From contig JAQUVQ010000009.1 in the NCBI GenBank assembly GCA_028693285.1, positions 165-64,164 on the forward strand: a stretch of DNA of 64,000 nucleotides, in the 5' to 3' direction. The position numbers and the translations under genes were made by a program. Positions 47,807 through 56,143 of the stretch are shown in pieces; positions within the stretch are counted from its first letter, which is position 1; the number at the start of each line of letters is the position of its first letter. The notes under the pieces were generated by a model. It searched no databases and was not told the origin of the DNA. It worked only from the letters and a program-made list of their open reading frames with translations. Source of the stretch: Smithellaceae bacterium (GTDB lineage: Bacteria; Desulfobacterota; Syntrophia; Syntrophales; Smithellaceae).

Positions 47807-49570
47807 GTGCGCTTTGACGACAGCAAGATTGAAGAAATTAAAAGCAGGGTGGATATTGTCGAGCTTGCCTCCGAATATCTGACCCTGAAAAAGGCGGGCC
47901 GGAATTATCTGGGGCTTTGTCCCTTTCATCAGGAAAAGACGCCTTCGTTCACCGTCAGCCGCGAGAAACAGATTTTCTACTGTTTCGGCTGCGGGGAAGG
48001 CGGCAATGTCATTACGCTGCTGATGAAAATGGCCAACAAGAGTTTTCCCGAGGCCATTCAATACCTGGCGGAAAAAACAGGCGTCCTGTTGCCGGTGCGG
48101 ACCTTCGGCCGGGACAGTCGAGAAAAGGATTCCCTGCACGATGAGATTCTTCGCCTGAATGCTAGGGCGGCGCAGTTCTTTGCCCGTCAGCTCTCCTCGC
48201 CGGGGGGCAGGACGGCCCGCGACTATCTGCAGAAAAGAGCCGTCACCGAAGACATTGTCCGGCAATTCCGCATGGGATACGCTCCGGATGCCTGGCGCTC
48301 CCTGGCGGATGATATCGAAGGCGGCGGTTTGTCCCTGAAAATGGCTGAACAGGCCGGTCTGGTCATCGCCGGAAAAGAGGGGGGGGGCTATGACCGGTTT
48401 CGCGGCCGCCTGATGTTCCCCATTGAAAATCCTTTCGGTGAAATCGTCGCCTTTGGCGGACGGATCCTCGGAGAGGGGGAACCCAAATATCTCAACTCGC
48501 CGGAATCGCCGGTTTACAGCAAAGGGAAAAATTTATATGGACTCAACAAGGCCAAAGAGGCGATCCGCCGCAAGGGTTTTTGCCTCATGGTGGAAGGGTA
48601 TTTTGACGTAATCTCCCTGTGGAATGCGGGGGTGTGCAATGTCGTGGCCACGCTGGGCACGGCGCTGACCCGCGATCATCTGGAGCTGCTCAGGCGCTAC
48701 ACGCAGGACGTTGTCGCCCTGTTTGATCCGGACACGGCCGGACGCAAGGCGCTGGACCGGTCGCTGGAGCTTTTTCTGGGGGCCAATATGCGCGCCCGTG
48801 CTTTAATTTTGCCCGACGGCTGCGACCCGGATGATTTTGTAAAAAAACACGGACCGGCCCGGCTGGATGAGCTGATCGCCCTTGCGCCGTCCATCAGCGA
48901 TTATTATATTGACACTGTTCTGGGAAACGGCAGGACATTTGAAGAAAACCGCGATCTGGTAAGAGAAGCGTTGGAATTTGCGGGGAAAATCAACAACGAA
49001 ATCGAAAAGAATCTCTTTATCAAGCGCCTCGCGGAAAAATCGGGCGTCGATCAGGTGTTGTTGAAGCGGGAGGCCCGCCGTAAAGCGGCGCCCGCCCCGT
49101 CCGGTAAAAAAGCATCTGCCCCGACCGCGATGAATCTCCTGGAGCTGAATCTGATCCGGCTCATGCTGGAGTATCCGCAGAGAGCGCTCCTGGTGGAGCA
49201 GGAAAACATACTGGACTGCTTTCTGGAGAACGTATTGAAAGACCTGGGAACGAAGATCCTTGAGACTTATAAACTGCTGGGGTACGTGGACATCAACGTT
49301 CTGCTGCCCTCGGATGAAGACAAACCGCTGCGGGAGCGCCTTTATAAAATGAGCGTGGAAGAGCCTCCGGCCGAGGACGACCAGGTGGAGCGAAATTTTG
49401 CCGATAACATGCGAAGAATCCGTGAAAAATGGTATAAGGAACAAAAGCGTCAGGTTCAGCACAAACTGCGGCAGGCGCAGGAAGGCGGGAATCAGGATCT
49501 CATCCGGGAACTGACCTTCCAGAAACAGAACCTGATGAAGGAAGAAAATAAATACGTGAACAAATCATAA
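47807..49570 (+). CDS. dnaG: DNA primase
   Basis: Zinc finger [11 protein letters not shown]...[12 protein letters not shown] polymerase core and TOPRIM (VEGYFDV). GTG start. Confidence 0.93.
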   Translation: MRFDDSKIEEIKSRVDIVELASEYLTLKKAGRNYLGLCPFHQEKTPSFTVSREKQIFYCFGCGEGGNVITLLMKMANKSFPEAIQYLAEKTGVLLPVRTFGRDSREKDSLHDEILRLNARAAQFFARQLSSPGGRTARDYLQKRAVTEDIVRQFRMGYAPDAWRSLADDIEGGGLSLKMAEQAGLVIAGKEGGGYDRFRGRLMFPIENPFGEIVAFGGRILGEGEPKYLNSPESPVYSKGKNLYGLNKAKEAIRRKGFCLMVEGYFDVISLWNAGVCNVVATLGTALTRDHLELLRRYTQDVVALFDPDTAGRKALDRSLELFLGANMRARALILPDGCDPDDFVKKHGPARLDELIALAPSISDYYIDTVLGNGRTFEENRDLVREALEFAGKINNEIEKNLFIKRLAEKSGVDQVLLKREARRKAAPAPSGKKASAPTAMNLLELNLIRLMLEYPQRALLVEQENILDCFLENVLKDLGTKILETYKLLGYVDINVLLPSDEDKPLRERLYKMSVEEPPAEDDQVERNFADNMRRIREKWYKEQKRQVQHKLRQAQEGGNQDLIRELTFQKQNLMKEENKYVNKS

Positions 49571-49587
49571 CATTCGGGGGCATCCAA

Positions 49588-51333
49588 ATGGCGAAAGAAA
49601 TACAGTCCGATGAATTTAAAAAACTGTTATCCCTGGGGGAAGAAAAGGGTTTTTTAACCTATGATGACGTGAATGACATGCTGCCGGCAGATTTGAATTC
49701 CTCGGAGCAAATCGATGATATTATCATGCTGTTTGGAGAAAAAAACATCGACATCATTGATATGGAGCAGGGGGAAAAACTGGTGGTGAAAAAGCCGGTG
49801 GAAGACGCCCTGCCGTCCAAACTCCCGGAAGCTCTCGCGCTGGTTCCCGGCGTGGGAAAAACCGGCGATCCGGTCAAGATGTACTTGCGGGAAATGGGGC
49901 TGGTTTCGCTCCTGAGCCGTGAAGGCGAAGTCGAGATCGCCAAGAAAATCGAAGAGGGCGCCCGCGAAACCATGTGGGCCATTTTCAGCCTGACCGTTTC
50001 CATCGACGAAGTGCTCAGCATCGGCGAAAAGCTGGAATCCGGGGAAATCCGCGTCAAAAATGTGGTGGACAACATCGAAGATGAAGAAGGATTCATGGAG
50101 GAGGATGATCATAAAGACAGAGTGCTCCGGCTGATCGCCCGAATCCGTCTTTTCAACGACCGCAATAAAGTCCTGCGCGAGAAGCTCAAATCCAAGACCA
50201 TGAAACCCAAGCAAAGGGAAGCATTGAGCGCGGAGCTGGCGAAAAACACGAAGAACATCATCACGCTTTGCCGGAAAATCCGCTTCAGCAAGAAGCAGAT
50301 GCACCGTTTTATCGCAAGGCTGAAAGTCTTCGCGGACGAGATTGAACGCTCCGAACGCGTGATCAATCATTTCAAGAAGGAGTCGGGCCTGACGATTACG
50401 CAAATGGAAAAGGCCTGGTCCCGAATGAAGAAATCCAAACAGGACGAGCGGCAGGCGGCCAGGTCCGCCAAGGTCTCCATCGAGTGGCTGCACAGAAGCC
50501 AGGCGTCCGTCACGGAGGCGCAAAAACGGCTGCGGCGCATTGCCAAGGACGTGGGAATTCCAACCGCCACGCTCAAGACGGTGGTCTATTCCATAGAAGA
50601 CGGCGAAGCCAAGGCCGAAATCGCCAAACGGAAGCTGGTCGAAGCCAACCTGCGGCTGGTGGTCAGCATTGCCAAGAAATATACCAATCGCGGCCTGCAG
50701 TTTCTGGACCTGATTCAGGAAGGCAATATCGGGCTCATGAAAGCGGTGGATAAATTCGAATACCAGCGGGGCTACAAGTTTTCCACCTATGCAACCTGGT
50801 GGATCCGTCAGGCCATCACGCGCGCCATTGCCGACCAGGCCCGCACCATTCGCATTCCGGTCCACATGATTGAAACGATCAACAAACTGATCCGGACGTC
50901 GCGCTACCTTGTTCAGGAACTGGGGCGCGAACCGACGCCGGAGGAAATCGCCAACAAAATGGAGTATCCGCTGGAAAAAGTGCGCAAGGTGCTCAAAATC
51001 GCCAAGGAGCCGATTTCCCTGGAAACGCCGATCGGCGAGGAGGAGGACAGTCATCTTGGGGACTTCATCGAGGACAAAAAGATCATGTCTCCTTCGGAGG
51101 CCACCATCAGCATGGATCTGGCGGACCAGACGCGCAAAATCCTGTCCACGCTGACGCCGCGGGAAGAAAAGGTCCTGCGGATGCGCTTCGGCATCAGTGA
51201 TCGGCTGGGTACGGCGGTCATGGGGGAAGTGTCGGTGGAGGAAACCGTGATCGCCGAGATGGAAGAGCCGGAAGTCGTGGAAGAAGAGCCGAAGAAAGCA
51301 AAGCATTCTTCCCGCAAGCGTCCGGCAAAATAA
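49588..51333 (+). CDS. rpoD: RNA polymerase sigma factor RpoD homolog with non-canonical C-terminus (region 4.2 absent)
   Basis: Regions 1.1-4.1 are intact ([28 protein letters not shown]..., [23 protein letters not shown]). The last 45 aa ([12 protein letters not shown]...KRPAK) do not resemble the region 4.2 HTH. Confidence 0.85.
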   Translation: MAKEIQSDEFKKLLSLGEEKGFLTYDDVNDMLPADLNSSEQIDDIIMLFGEKNIDIIDMEQGEKLVVKKPVEDALPSKLPEALALVPGVGKTGDPVKMYLREMGLVSLLSREGEVEIAKKIEEGARETMWAIFSLTVSIDEVLSIGEKLESGEIRVKNVVDNIEDEEGFMEEDDHKDRVLRLIARIRLFNDRNKVLREKLKSKTMKPKQREALSAELAKNTKNIITLCRKIRFSKKQMHRFIARLKVFADEIERSERVINHFKKESGLTITQMEKAWSRMKKSKQDERQAARSAKVSIEWLHRSQASVTEAQKRLRRIAKDVGIPTATLKTVVYSIEDGEAKAEIAKRKLVEANLRLVVSIAKKYTNRGLQFLDLIQEGNIGLMKAVDKFEYQRGYKFSTYATWWIRQAITRAIADQARTIRIPVHMIETINKLIRTSRYLVQELGREPTPEEIANKMEYPLEKVRKVLKIAKEPISLETPIGEEEDSHLGDFIEDKKIMSPSEATISMDLADQTRKILSTLTPREEKVLRMRFGISDRLGTAVMGEVSVEETVIAEMEEPEVVEEEPKKAKHSSRKRPAK

Positions 51334-51335
51334 TA

Positions 51336-51364
51336 TTGACAAGCACCGGGATTGGGTATATTTC
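51336..51364 (+). promoter_or_regulatory. candidate promoter for the tRNA gene (TTGACA then TATATT/TATTTC)
   Basis: TTGACAagcaccgggattgggTATATTtc lies immediately after the rpoD stop. Spacer is 15-17 nt depending on which -10 register is used. Confidence 0.4.
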
Positions 51365-51410
51365 AACGCACCTTGATGCCGGTTAAATCCGCGCAAATGC
51401 TCAAAAAGGC

Positions 51411-51486
51411 GGGCCTATAGCTCAATTGGTAGAGCCACCGGCTCATAACCGGTAGGTCCCTGGTTCGATTCCAGGTGGGCCCACCA
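51411..51486 (+). tRNA. tRNA with CAU anticodon (elongator Met, or Ile2 if lysidinylated), CCA encoded
   Basis: Manual cloverleaf: acceptor gggccta/tgggccc, D arm gctc-aattggta-gagc, anticodon arm accgg-cuCAUaa-ccggt, T arm cctgg-ttcgatt-ccagg, then A-CCA. Confidence 0.9.
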
Positions 51487-51643
51487 GATTTTATGGATAA
51501 AATATTGACGATGGCCGGAAAAATGCGATTTTTACAAGCAAGGAGCTGCTGCGACAAAACTGTCGAAGCAAAAGCCGCGATCAGAAACCTTCGATTATTC
51601 TATCGCGGCGCCCAAAACCGGACCCATCGACCGACGATCTGAA

Positions 51644-51673
51644 AATGCACCCCTCAAAAGGTGCATTTTTTTT
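51644..51673 (+). terminator. rho-independent terminator
   Basis: aatgcacc-cctcaaaa-ggtgcatt followed by a run of T residues. Confidence 0.75.
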
Positions 51674-51716
51674 GCGCCCCCCGGGGGACGAAAAATTATA
51701 AAGAAGGAGAACAGGA

Positions 51717-52436
51717 GTGAAAGAAGAATTACGGCTGTTGATTGAGTTGCAGGAGTGCGATTCGCAGCTGGTCGCGCTTGCCGCTAAAAAGACCAGACTG
51801 CCGGAGAAAATCCTTGCGATGGAAAATGAATTTCAGGCCTGTCGGGAGAAGCTTTCGCTAAACCGGCAAAAGCACGATGAACTCAAGGCCAAACGCGCGG
51901 AATACGAAGCCGCCATTAAAAAGCTCGGCGATGGAATGACCAAAACCAAAGAAAGACTCCTGGAAGTAAAAAACAATAAAGAATATCAGGCCATGCTCAA
52001 GGAGATCGAGACCGCGGAGAAAACAAGCGGTGAGATGGAGACAAGGATGATCGCCCTTCTGGAAGACACGGATAAGCTTTTCGTGCTGATGCGCGAGGAT
52101 GATGAAGCCCTGCAGCGGGAAACCCGCCGGTACGAACAGGACAAGAAAGCCATCGAGGAGGATTTGAATGCCGTGGACGCCGATGCGGAAAGCTGGGCCC
52201 GCAAGCGCGCCGAACTGCAGAAACAAATCTCCGCGGATCTTCAGGCGAGGTACGAAAAAGTAAAAAAGCGCAACAACGGGCTGGGCGTGATTTCCGTTTG
52301 GAAAGCGGTTTGCAGCGGCTGTCACATGAACATTCCGCCGCAGCTCTACAATGAACTGCAGCGTTCCAATGAAATGCTGAGCTGCCCCAACTGCAACCGG
52401 ATTATGTATTTTAAAAATCAGGAAAAGTCTGAGTAG
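51717..52436 (+). CDS. COG1579-type coiled-coil protein with C-terminal C4 zinc ribbon
   Basis: LLIELQECDSQL, a long coiled coil, then CSGCHMNIPPQ...CPNCNRI. GTG start after GGAGAACAGGAG. Confidence 0.8.
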   Translation: MKEELRLLIELQECDSQLVALAAKKTRLPEKILAMENEFQACREKLSLNRQKHDELKAKRAEYEAAIKKLGDGMTKTKERLLEVKNNKEYQAMLKEIETAEKTSGEMETRMIALLEDTDKLFVLMREDDEALQRETRRYEQDKKAIEEDLNAVDADAESWARKRAELQKQISADLQARYEKVKKRNNGLGVISVWKAVCSGCHMNIPPQLYNELQRSNEMLSCPNCNRIMYFKNQEKSE

Positions 52437-52442
52437 CCTTTG

Positions 52443-52874
52443 ATGAAAGTGCGGCCGGTCAAATTATTCAGCGACGGCGCCTGCCGGGGAAATCCCGGCC
52501 CGGGGGGAGGCGGGGCGGTGATTACCGACGCCGAAGGCCGGGTTCTGTGGGAGGGCAGGGAGTACTTCGGTTTCTGCACCAATAATATCGCGGAATATAA
52601 AGCATTGATCCTTGGCCTGAAGGGGGCATTGGCCTGCGGATGCAAAAACCTGGAAATTTATCTGGATTCGGAGCTTTTGGCCAACCAGATCAACGGCTCC
52701 TACAAAGTCAAAAACGAAAAGCTGAAACAATTGATGCAGGATGTCCGGAAACTGCTGTCTTCTTTTGAATCCGCAATGGTCCGGCATGTTCCGCGGTGCC
52801 GCAATGCGACAGCCGACCGGCTGGCCAACATGGCCATTGATGAACATGCTGATAGACTGAAGGCTGAAGGCTGA
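52443..52874 (+). CDS. rnhA: ribonuclease HI family protein
   Basis: LFSDGACRGNPGPGG, NNIAEYKALI, DSELL and ADRLAN (DEDD-type RNase H residues). A TTG at 52440 is an alternative start. Confidence 0.85.
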   Translation: MKVRPVKLFSDGACRGNPGPGGGGAVITDAEGRVLWEGREYFGFCTNNIAEYKALILGLKGALACGCKNLEIYLDSELLANQINGSYKVKNEKLKQLMQDVRKLLSSFESAMVRHVPRCRNATADRLANMAIDEHADRLKAEG

Positions 52875-52892
52875 AGGTTTGAAACTGAAGGA
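52856..52892 (+). repeat. tandem 8-mer array CTGAAGG(C) spanning the rnhA stop codon
   Basis: actgaaggctgaaggctgaaggtttgaaactgaagg. Same unit and same gene-sense orientation as the array at 39924-39963. Confidence 0.7.
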
Positions 52893-52965
52893 AAAAGGCG
52901 CTAAATATCTTTTTAGAAGTTGTCTTGAACAAAATCCGAATCAATTGTAGGATAGGTTCCAGGCC

Positions 52966-53337
52966 GGAGAAAATCGGATGATCGCGGGCAGAGTCTGCTC
53001 TGCCGGAGGAAAGTCCGAGCTCCACAGGGCAGGATGGTCGCTAACGGCGACCGGGGGCGACCCCAGGGAAAGTGCCACAGAAAAAATACCGCCCCGCCGC
53101 AAGGCGGGGTAAGGGTGAAAAGGCGAGGTAAGAGCTCACCGCTTTTCCGGTGACGGAAAAGGCATGGTAAACCCCATCCGGAGCAAGACCAAATAGGAGA
53201 ACGTTTAAGGGCGGCCCGCCTGATGTTCTCGGGTAGTGTCGCTAGAGGCGGCAGGCAACTGCCGTCCCAGATGAATGATCATCGCCGCGGCGAGGGCAAC
53301 CGGACCGCGGAACAGAACTCGGCTTACGATTTTCTCC
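52966..53337 (+). ncRNA. rnpB: RNase P RNA, bacterial type A
   Basis: P1 pairing ggagaaaatcg/cgattttctcc. Conserved GGAGGAAAGTCCGAGCTCCACAGGGCAGG, GGTAAGGGTGAAA and ACAGAACTCGGCTTAC blocks. Confidence 0.92.
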
Positions 53338-53398
53338 GTGCCTGCCTGTTCTGACTGGAACCGCCCCGTGATAAAGGCGAAGCGCCTGCTCACGGCGG

Positions 53399-53608
53399 CT
53401 AGACCTGGATAAGGCTCATCAGCCGTTTGATCCAATCCAGCCCCGTCTCCGTAAAGAGTGCGACCAGAATCAAAAAGAGAATGAAGACCGTAATCAACTC
53501 GGCATTGCGGACTTTGGGATATTTTCTTTTTACGGCAAACAGGAGAATGCCGCCCGCCGCCAGTACCACCAGGTGCAGAAAGGGGAAAAGCTTTAAAAAG
53601 GCATCCAT
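53399..53608 (-). CDS. small two-TM membrane protein, hypothetical
   Basis: 69-aa ORF with two hydrophobic helices. No family recognised. Confidence 0.4.
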   Translation of the reverse strand: MDAFLKLFPFLHLVVLAAGGILLFAVKRKYPKVRNAELITVFILFLILVALFTETGLDWIKRLMSLIQV

Positions 53609-53674
53609 TCGAATCTCCTTGTGGACCGGATTTATAAAACCTCTTCCGGAAAATTCATCCAGGCCGACATCAAT

Positions 53675-53708
53675 AAAAAAGGCCGAATCGAAATTCGGCC
53701 TTTTTTTT
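53675..53708 (-). terminator. rho-independent terminator after the Cache-protein gene (bidirectional geometry)
   Basis: aaaaaa-ggccgaat-cgaa-attcggcc-tttttttt. Confidence 0.8.
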
Positions 53709-53724
53709 CATGAATCAACGCTGC

Positions 53725-55038
53725 TTATTTGTCTTCATCGTCGTCATCATTCAGCCCCGACAAATCCCCTTCGGAACCTTCCGGAACTTCCGACTGAATG
53801 GAGCGGGAAATTCCGCGAACCAGAATCAGCATGATGAAGAACAGGATCACCATGGCCACGATGAGCACCAGAATGACCGTTGCCGTCCATGCCTTGGATT
53901 CCTTCTCGATGTTCTGAGAGACCTTCATGGCCGCTTCGTTGTACTTCTCGACTTCGACCCCCAGACAGACCCATCCAAAACCGGCGGGCTCAGGAATGTT
54001 TGACGCGTAAAACTTGATCGGCGCATAGGCGACAAACTTGGTCATCCCGAATAATTTATACGCCTTGATCCCCGTTTTGCCTTCCGCCGTCTCTTTCGCG
54101 AGAGCCGTTAAATTGGGATCCAGGAAACCGGCCTGAATAATGTTCAAGGCATCGGCGCCCTTATCCGTCAGTTCTTTCACGTTTTGCTGCGTGATGATCG
54201 GAACCGGCGTTCCGTCCGGATTCAGGCCTACGATATGGTAATCGTTCGGATGCGCGATCGCGTTGCCGCGGTAATCGAACATGTACGCGTAATTGCCGGA
54301 GGATGCTTCCGTTTCAAACACCCGCTCCGCCTGCGTGGGAATGAGCTGGTCGGTGATCTGGCCCAGGTGACGGTAGTCCAGGGACAGCACGATGATCCCG
54401 GAAAAACCTTCCTGATTGAAAACCGGTGTTGCAAAACGGACAACACCGTTGAATCGTTCTCCCTTATCGAAGGCCGCTTTATTCACATACCAGCCGGTAA
54501 CCGGAGAAACGTACACTTCGCCCCGGTTCAGATTTTTTGTTCGGACGAAATAATCTTCATTTTTATAGGTGGTATTGGCCGGCTTGCTCACGTCAACCAG
54601 TTTTCCCGCCGGCACCGCCTGACCGTCGGCAATTTTAATTCTTTCGTTGCCGTTTTTGTCGATCAGGGACATTTCCTTGTACAGCGGTGTCAGCACCTGC
54701 TGGACCTTGCCGTCTTTCTTGACCCAGAGCGGTGCTTTATTTTCAGCAATAAACTGCTTGTAGACGGATTCTGTCGAGGGAATAATGGTTGCGACCTGCA
54801 AATCCTTCTTGCTTTCCATGAGTAAGTTGGCAACCTGATTTGCAGTGTTGATGGCCCTTGCTTTAATATCTTCCTGGGATTTGACATCCAGAACGTTAAC
54901 GGCCCTTTCTTTTATGGTAACCCCCAGTTTAAACATGCCGTTAGCGATTAAAAACGCCATCAGTGATAAGGGGATTACAATAAGCAGGAAGAATACGCCT
55001 GCAACAGGTAATGACTTCTTATCTTTAGATTGTGACAT
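53725..55038 (-). CDS. double-Cache ectodomain membrane protein with no output domain and an acidic tail
   Basis: TM, then a roughly 330-aa Cache-like ectodomain (YFVRTKNLNRGEVYVSPV, VVRFATPVF, GIIVLSLDY, YAYMFDYRGNAIAHPN), a second TM, and a 38-aa tail ending in LNDDDDEDK. Confidence 0.8.
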   Translation of the reverse strand: MSQSKDKKSLPVAGVFFLLIVIPLSLMAFLIANGMFKLGVTIKERAVNVLDVKSQEDIKARAINTANQVANLLMESKKDLQVATIIPSTESVYKQFIAENKAPLWVKKDGKVQQVLTPLYKEMSLIDKNGNERIKIADGQAVPAGKLVDVSKPANTTYKNEDYFVRTKNLNRGEVYVSPVTGWYVNKAAFDKGERFNGVVRFATPVFNQEGFSGIIVLSLDYRHLGQITDQLIPTQAERVFETEASSGNYAYMFDYRGNAIAHPNDYHIVGLNPDGTPVPIITQQNVKELTDKGADALNIIQAGFLDPNLTALAKETAEGKTGIKAYKLFGMTKFVAYAPIKFYASNIPEPAGFGWVCLGVEVEKYNEAAMKVSQNIEKESKAWTATVILVLIVAMVILFFIMLILVRGISRSIQSEVPEGSEGDLSGLNDDDDEDK

Positions 55039-55089
55039 TATAATTTCCCCCTAACCTTGGTTAATTTTGTAGTGAACTTCTCAATAGCA

Positions 55090-55467
55090 TTAACCCAAGA
55101 AGAAAGGCTTGAAGGGGTTGGCGTACAATAAGATCAGTGCGATAACCAGAGCGTAAATGGCGATCGATTCGGCCATGGCCATGCCGACCAGCATCACCAT
55201 CATGATTTTGCCCTGAACGCCGGGGTTTCTTCCCACTGCCTGGCAGGCGCCGTTTGCCGCGTTGCCGATGCCCGCGCCCGCGCCGATGGCGCCAAGACCG
55301 ATGGCAAGACCCGCGCCGATCATGGCGCCGACGACAAAGATCACTTTAATGTAGGATTCTCCGCCCACCGGAATCGCATCCGCCGCGAAGGCAAACTGGC
55401 TCGAAAGCAGCAGAGCCGCTACCGATGTGAAGACCGTTAAAATTGTTTTTCCGTGTTTGTGTGACAT
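55090..55467 (-). CDS. atpE: F-type ATP synthase subunit c paralog with N-terminal signal-peptide-like extension
   Basis: GAIGAGAGIG...AVGRNPG loop, ion-binding helix MAMAESIAIYALVIALILLYANPF. N-terminus MSHKHGKTILTVFTSVAALLLSSQFAFA-AD. RBS AAGGAG. Confidence 0.85.
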   Translation of the reverse strand: MSHKHGKTILTVFTSVAALLLSSQFAFAADAIPVGGESYIKVIFVVGAMIGAGLAIGLGAIGAGAGIGNAANGACQAVGRNPGVQGKIMMVMLVGMAMAESIAIYALVIALILLYANPFKPFFLG

Positions 55468-55575
55468 TATCTGACTCCTTTCATGACAAATGGTTTATTT
55501 GTTTCTTTTTTGCGCTGCATAACACATTAATCATTGCTGCGCAAAGAAGAATTAACATCAATCGGCTCGACGCTA

Positions 55576-55592
55576 ATGCATGAGATGTGCCA
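55576..55592 (-). promoter_or_regulatory. sigma54 (-24/-12) promoter TGGCAC-N6-ATGCAT upstream of the atpE paralog
   Basis: The minus strand reads TGGCACatctcaTGCAT. GG and GC have the canonical spacing (consensus TGGCACG-N4-TTGCW). About 100 nt upstream of the ATG at 55467. Confidence 0.65.
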
Positions 55593-55659
55593 TGGTTTCA
55601 ATTGAGAAAATTTGTTTTTTGCCGCGGCGCGGGCGGCGCCCGTCCGTTTCGGCGGGCTG

Positions 55660-55673
55660 TTCAATGCATTGAA
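55660..55673. promoter_or_regulatory. perfect 14-bp palindrome TTCAATGCATTGAA upstream of the sigma54 promoter
   Basis: Read directly from the sequence. Lies about 70-95 bp upstream of the -24 element. The partial motif TTGAAATTT recurs at 55880-55888. Confidence 0.35.
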
Positions 55674-55772
55674 ATTTCTGTTCGTTTGGGTTCGGCGCCG
55701 GCGCGAAAGAACGCAGGGGGGAATGACTTTGGTTTTCCGGCGGGTCGCGCAAGAGGGTGCGTTTCAGCGCGT

Positions 55773-55815
55773 CGTTTAATGTTTTGTTCAATGGCCTGCC
55801 ATAAAACATTAAACG
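55773..55815. promoter_or_regulatory. 13-bp perfect inverted repeat CGTTTAATGTTTT-N17-AAAACATTAAACG, candidate enhancer (UAS)
   Basis: Arms at 55773-55785 and 55803-55815, about 180-240 bp upstream of the sigma54 promoter in the divergent intergenic region. Confidence 0.4.
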
Positions 55816-55963
55816 GGCTGTAGCGTGAAGGGAGAGACGCCTTTTGCAAATCGGGGTGAAAAACGTTTTCTGATATTTCAGTTGAAATTTTGGATCAATG
55901 TCGTTACGATGCCCAAACCTGTGCCAAATCATGGGACATCATTACGAATGACAAAGGATCGTT

Positions 55964-56137
55964 ATGCAGGAGCTTTTAACCGTAGTTACGTACCCGATTA
56001 TCTGGCTGGTGTGTTCTTACCTTTTAAAAATTGAAAGCGGCCTGGCAAAACTGCTGATCTCGCTCACGGCGGCGGTTCTGGTTTATGTTTTGTACGGTTT
56101 GTGGCAGTCTCAAAAAGAAAAACAAAAGGAAAATTAA
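55964..56137 (+). CDS. possible 57-aa membrane micro-protein upstream of the sensor kinase
   Basis: ATG 55964 to TAA 56137, translating to MQELLTVVTYPIIWLVCSYLLKIESGLAKLLISLTAAVLVYVLYGLWQSQKEKQKEN (two hydrophobic segments). Ends 6 nt before the kinase GTG. Shorter than the shortest ORF listed in the track. Confidence 0.3.
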   Translation: MQELLTVVTYPIIWLVCSYLLKIESGLAKLLISLTAAVLVYVLYGLWQSQKEKQKEN

Positions 56138-56143
56138 GATTCA

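Noticed and set aside
49654-51396. 580-aa ORF antisense to rpoD
   Set aside because: Same reasoning. The rpoD regions 1-4.1 on the plus strand are unambiguous.
51411-51486. Initiator tRNA-fMet
   Set aside because: The 1:72 position is a G-C pair, and the anticodon stem lacks the three consecutive G-C pairs typical of bacterial initiators. It was called elongator Met, or possibly Ile2.
51411-51716. tRNA gene as an integration site for a genomic island
   Set aside because: No integrase or recombinase follows. I found no direct repeat of the tRNA 3' end downstream, and the following genes (COG1579, rnhA, rnpB) are housekeeping.
55573-55932. 119-aa minus-strand ORF in the kinase/c-subunit intergenic region, considered as a possible missing atpB or atpI
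   Set aside because: The translation is hydrophilic and basic, with none of the polytopic character of AtpB or AtpI. It also spans the sigma54 promoter and the palindromes.
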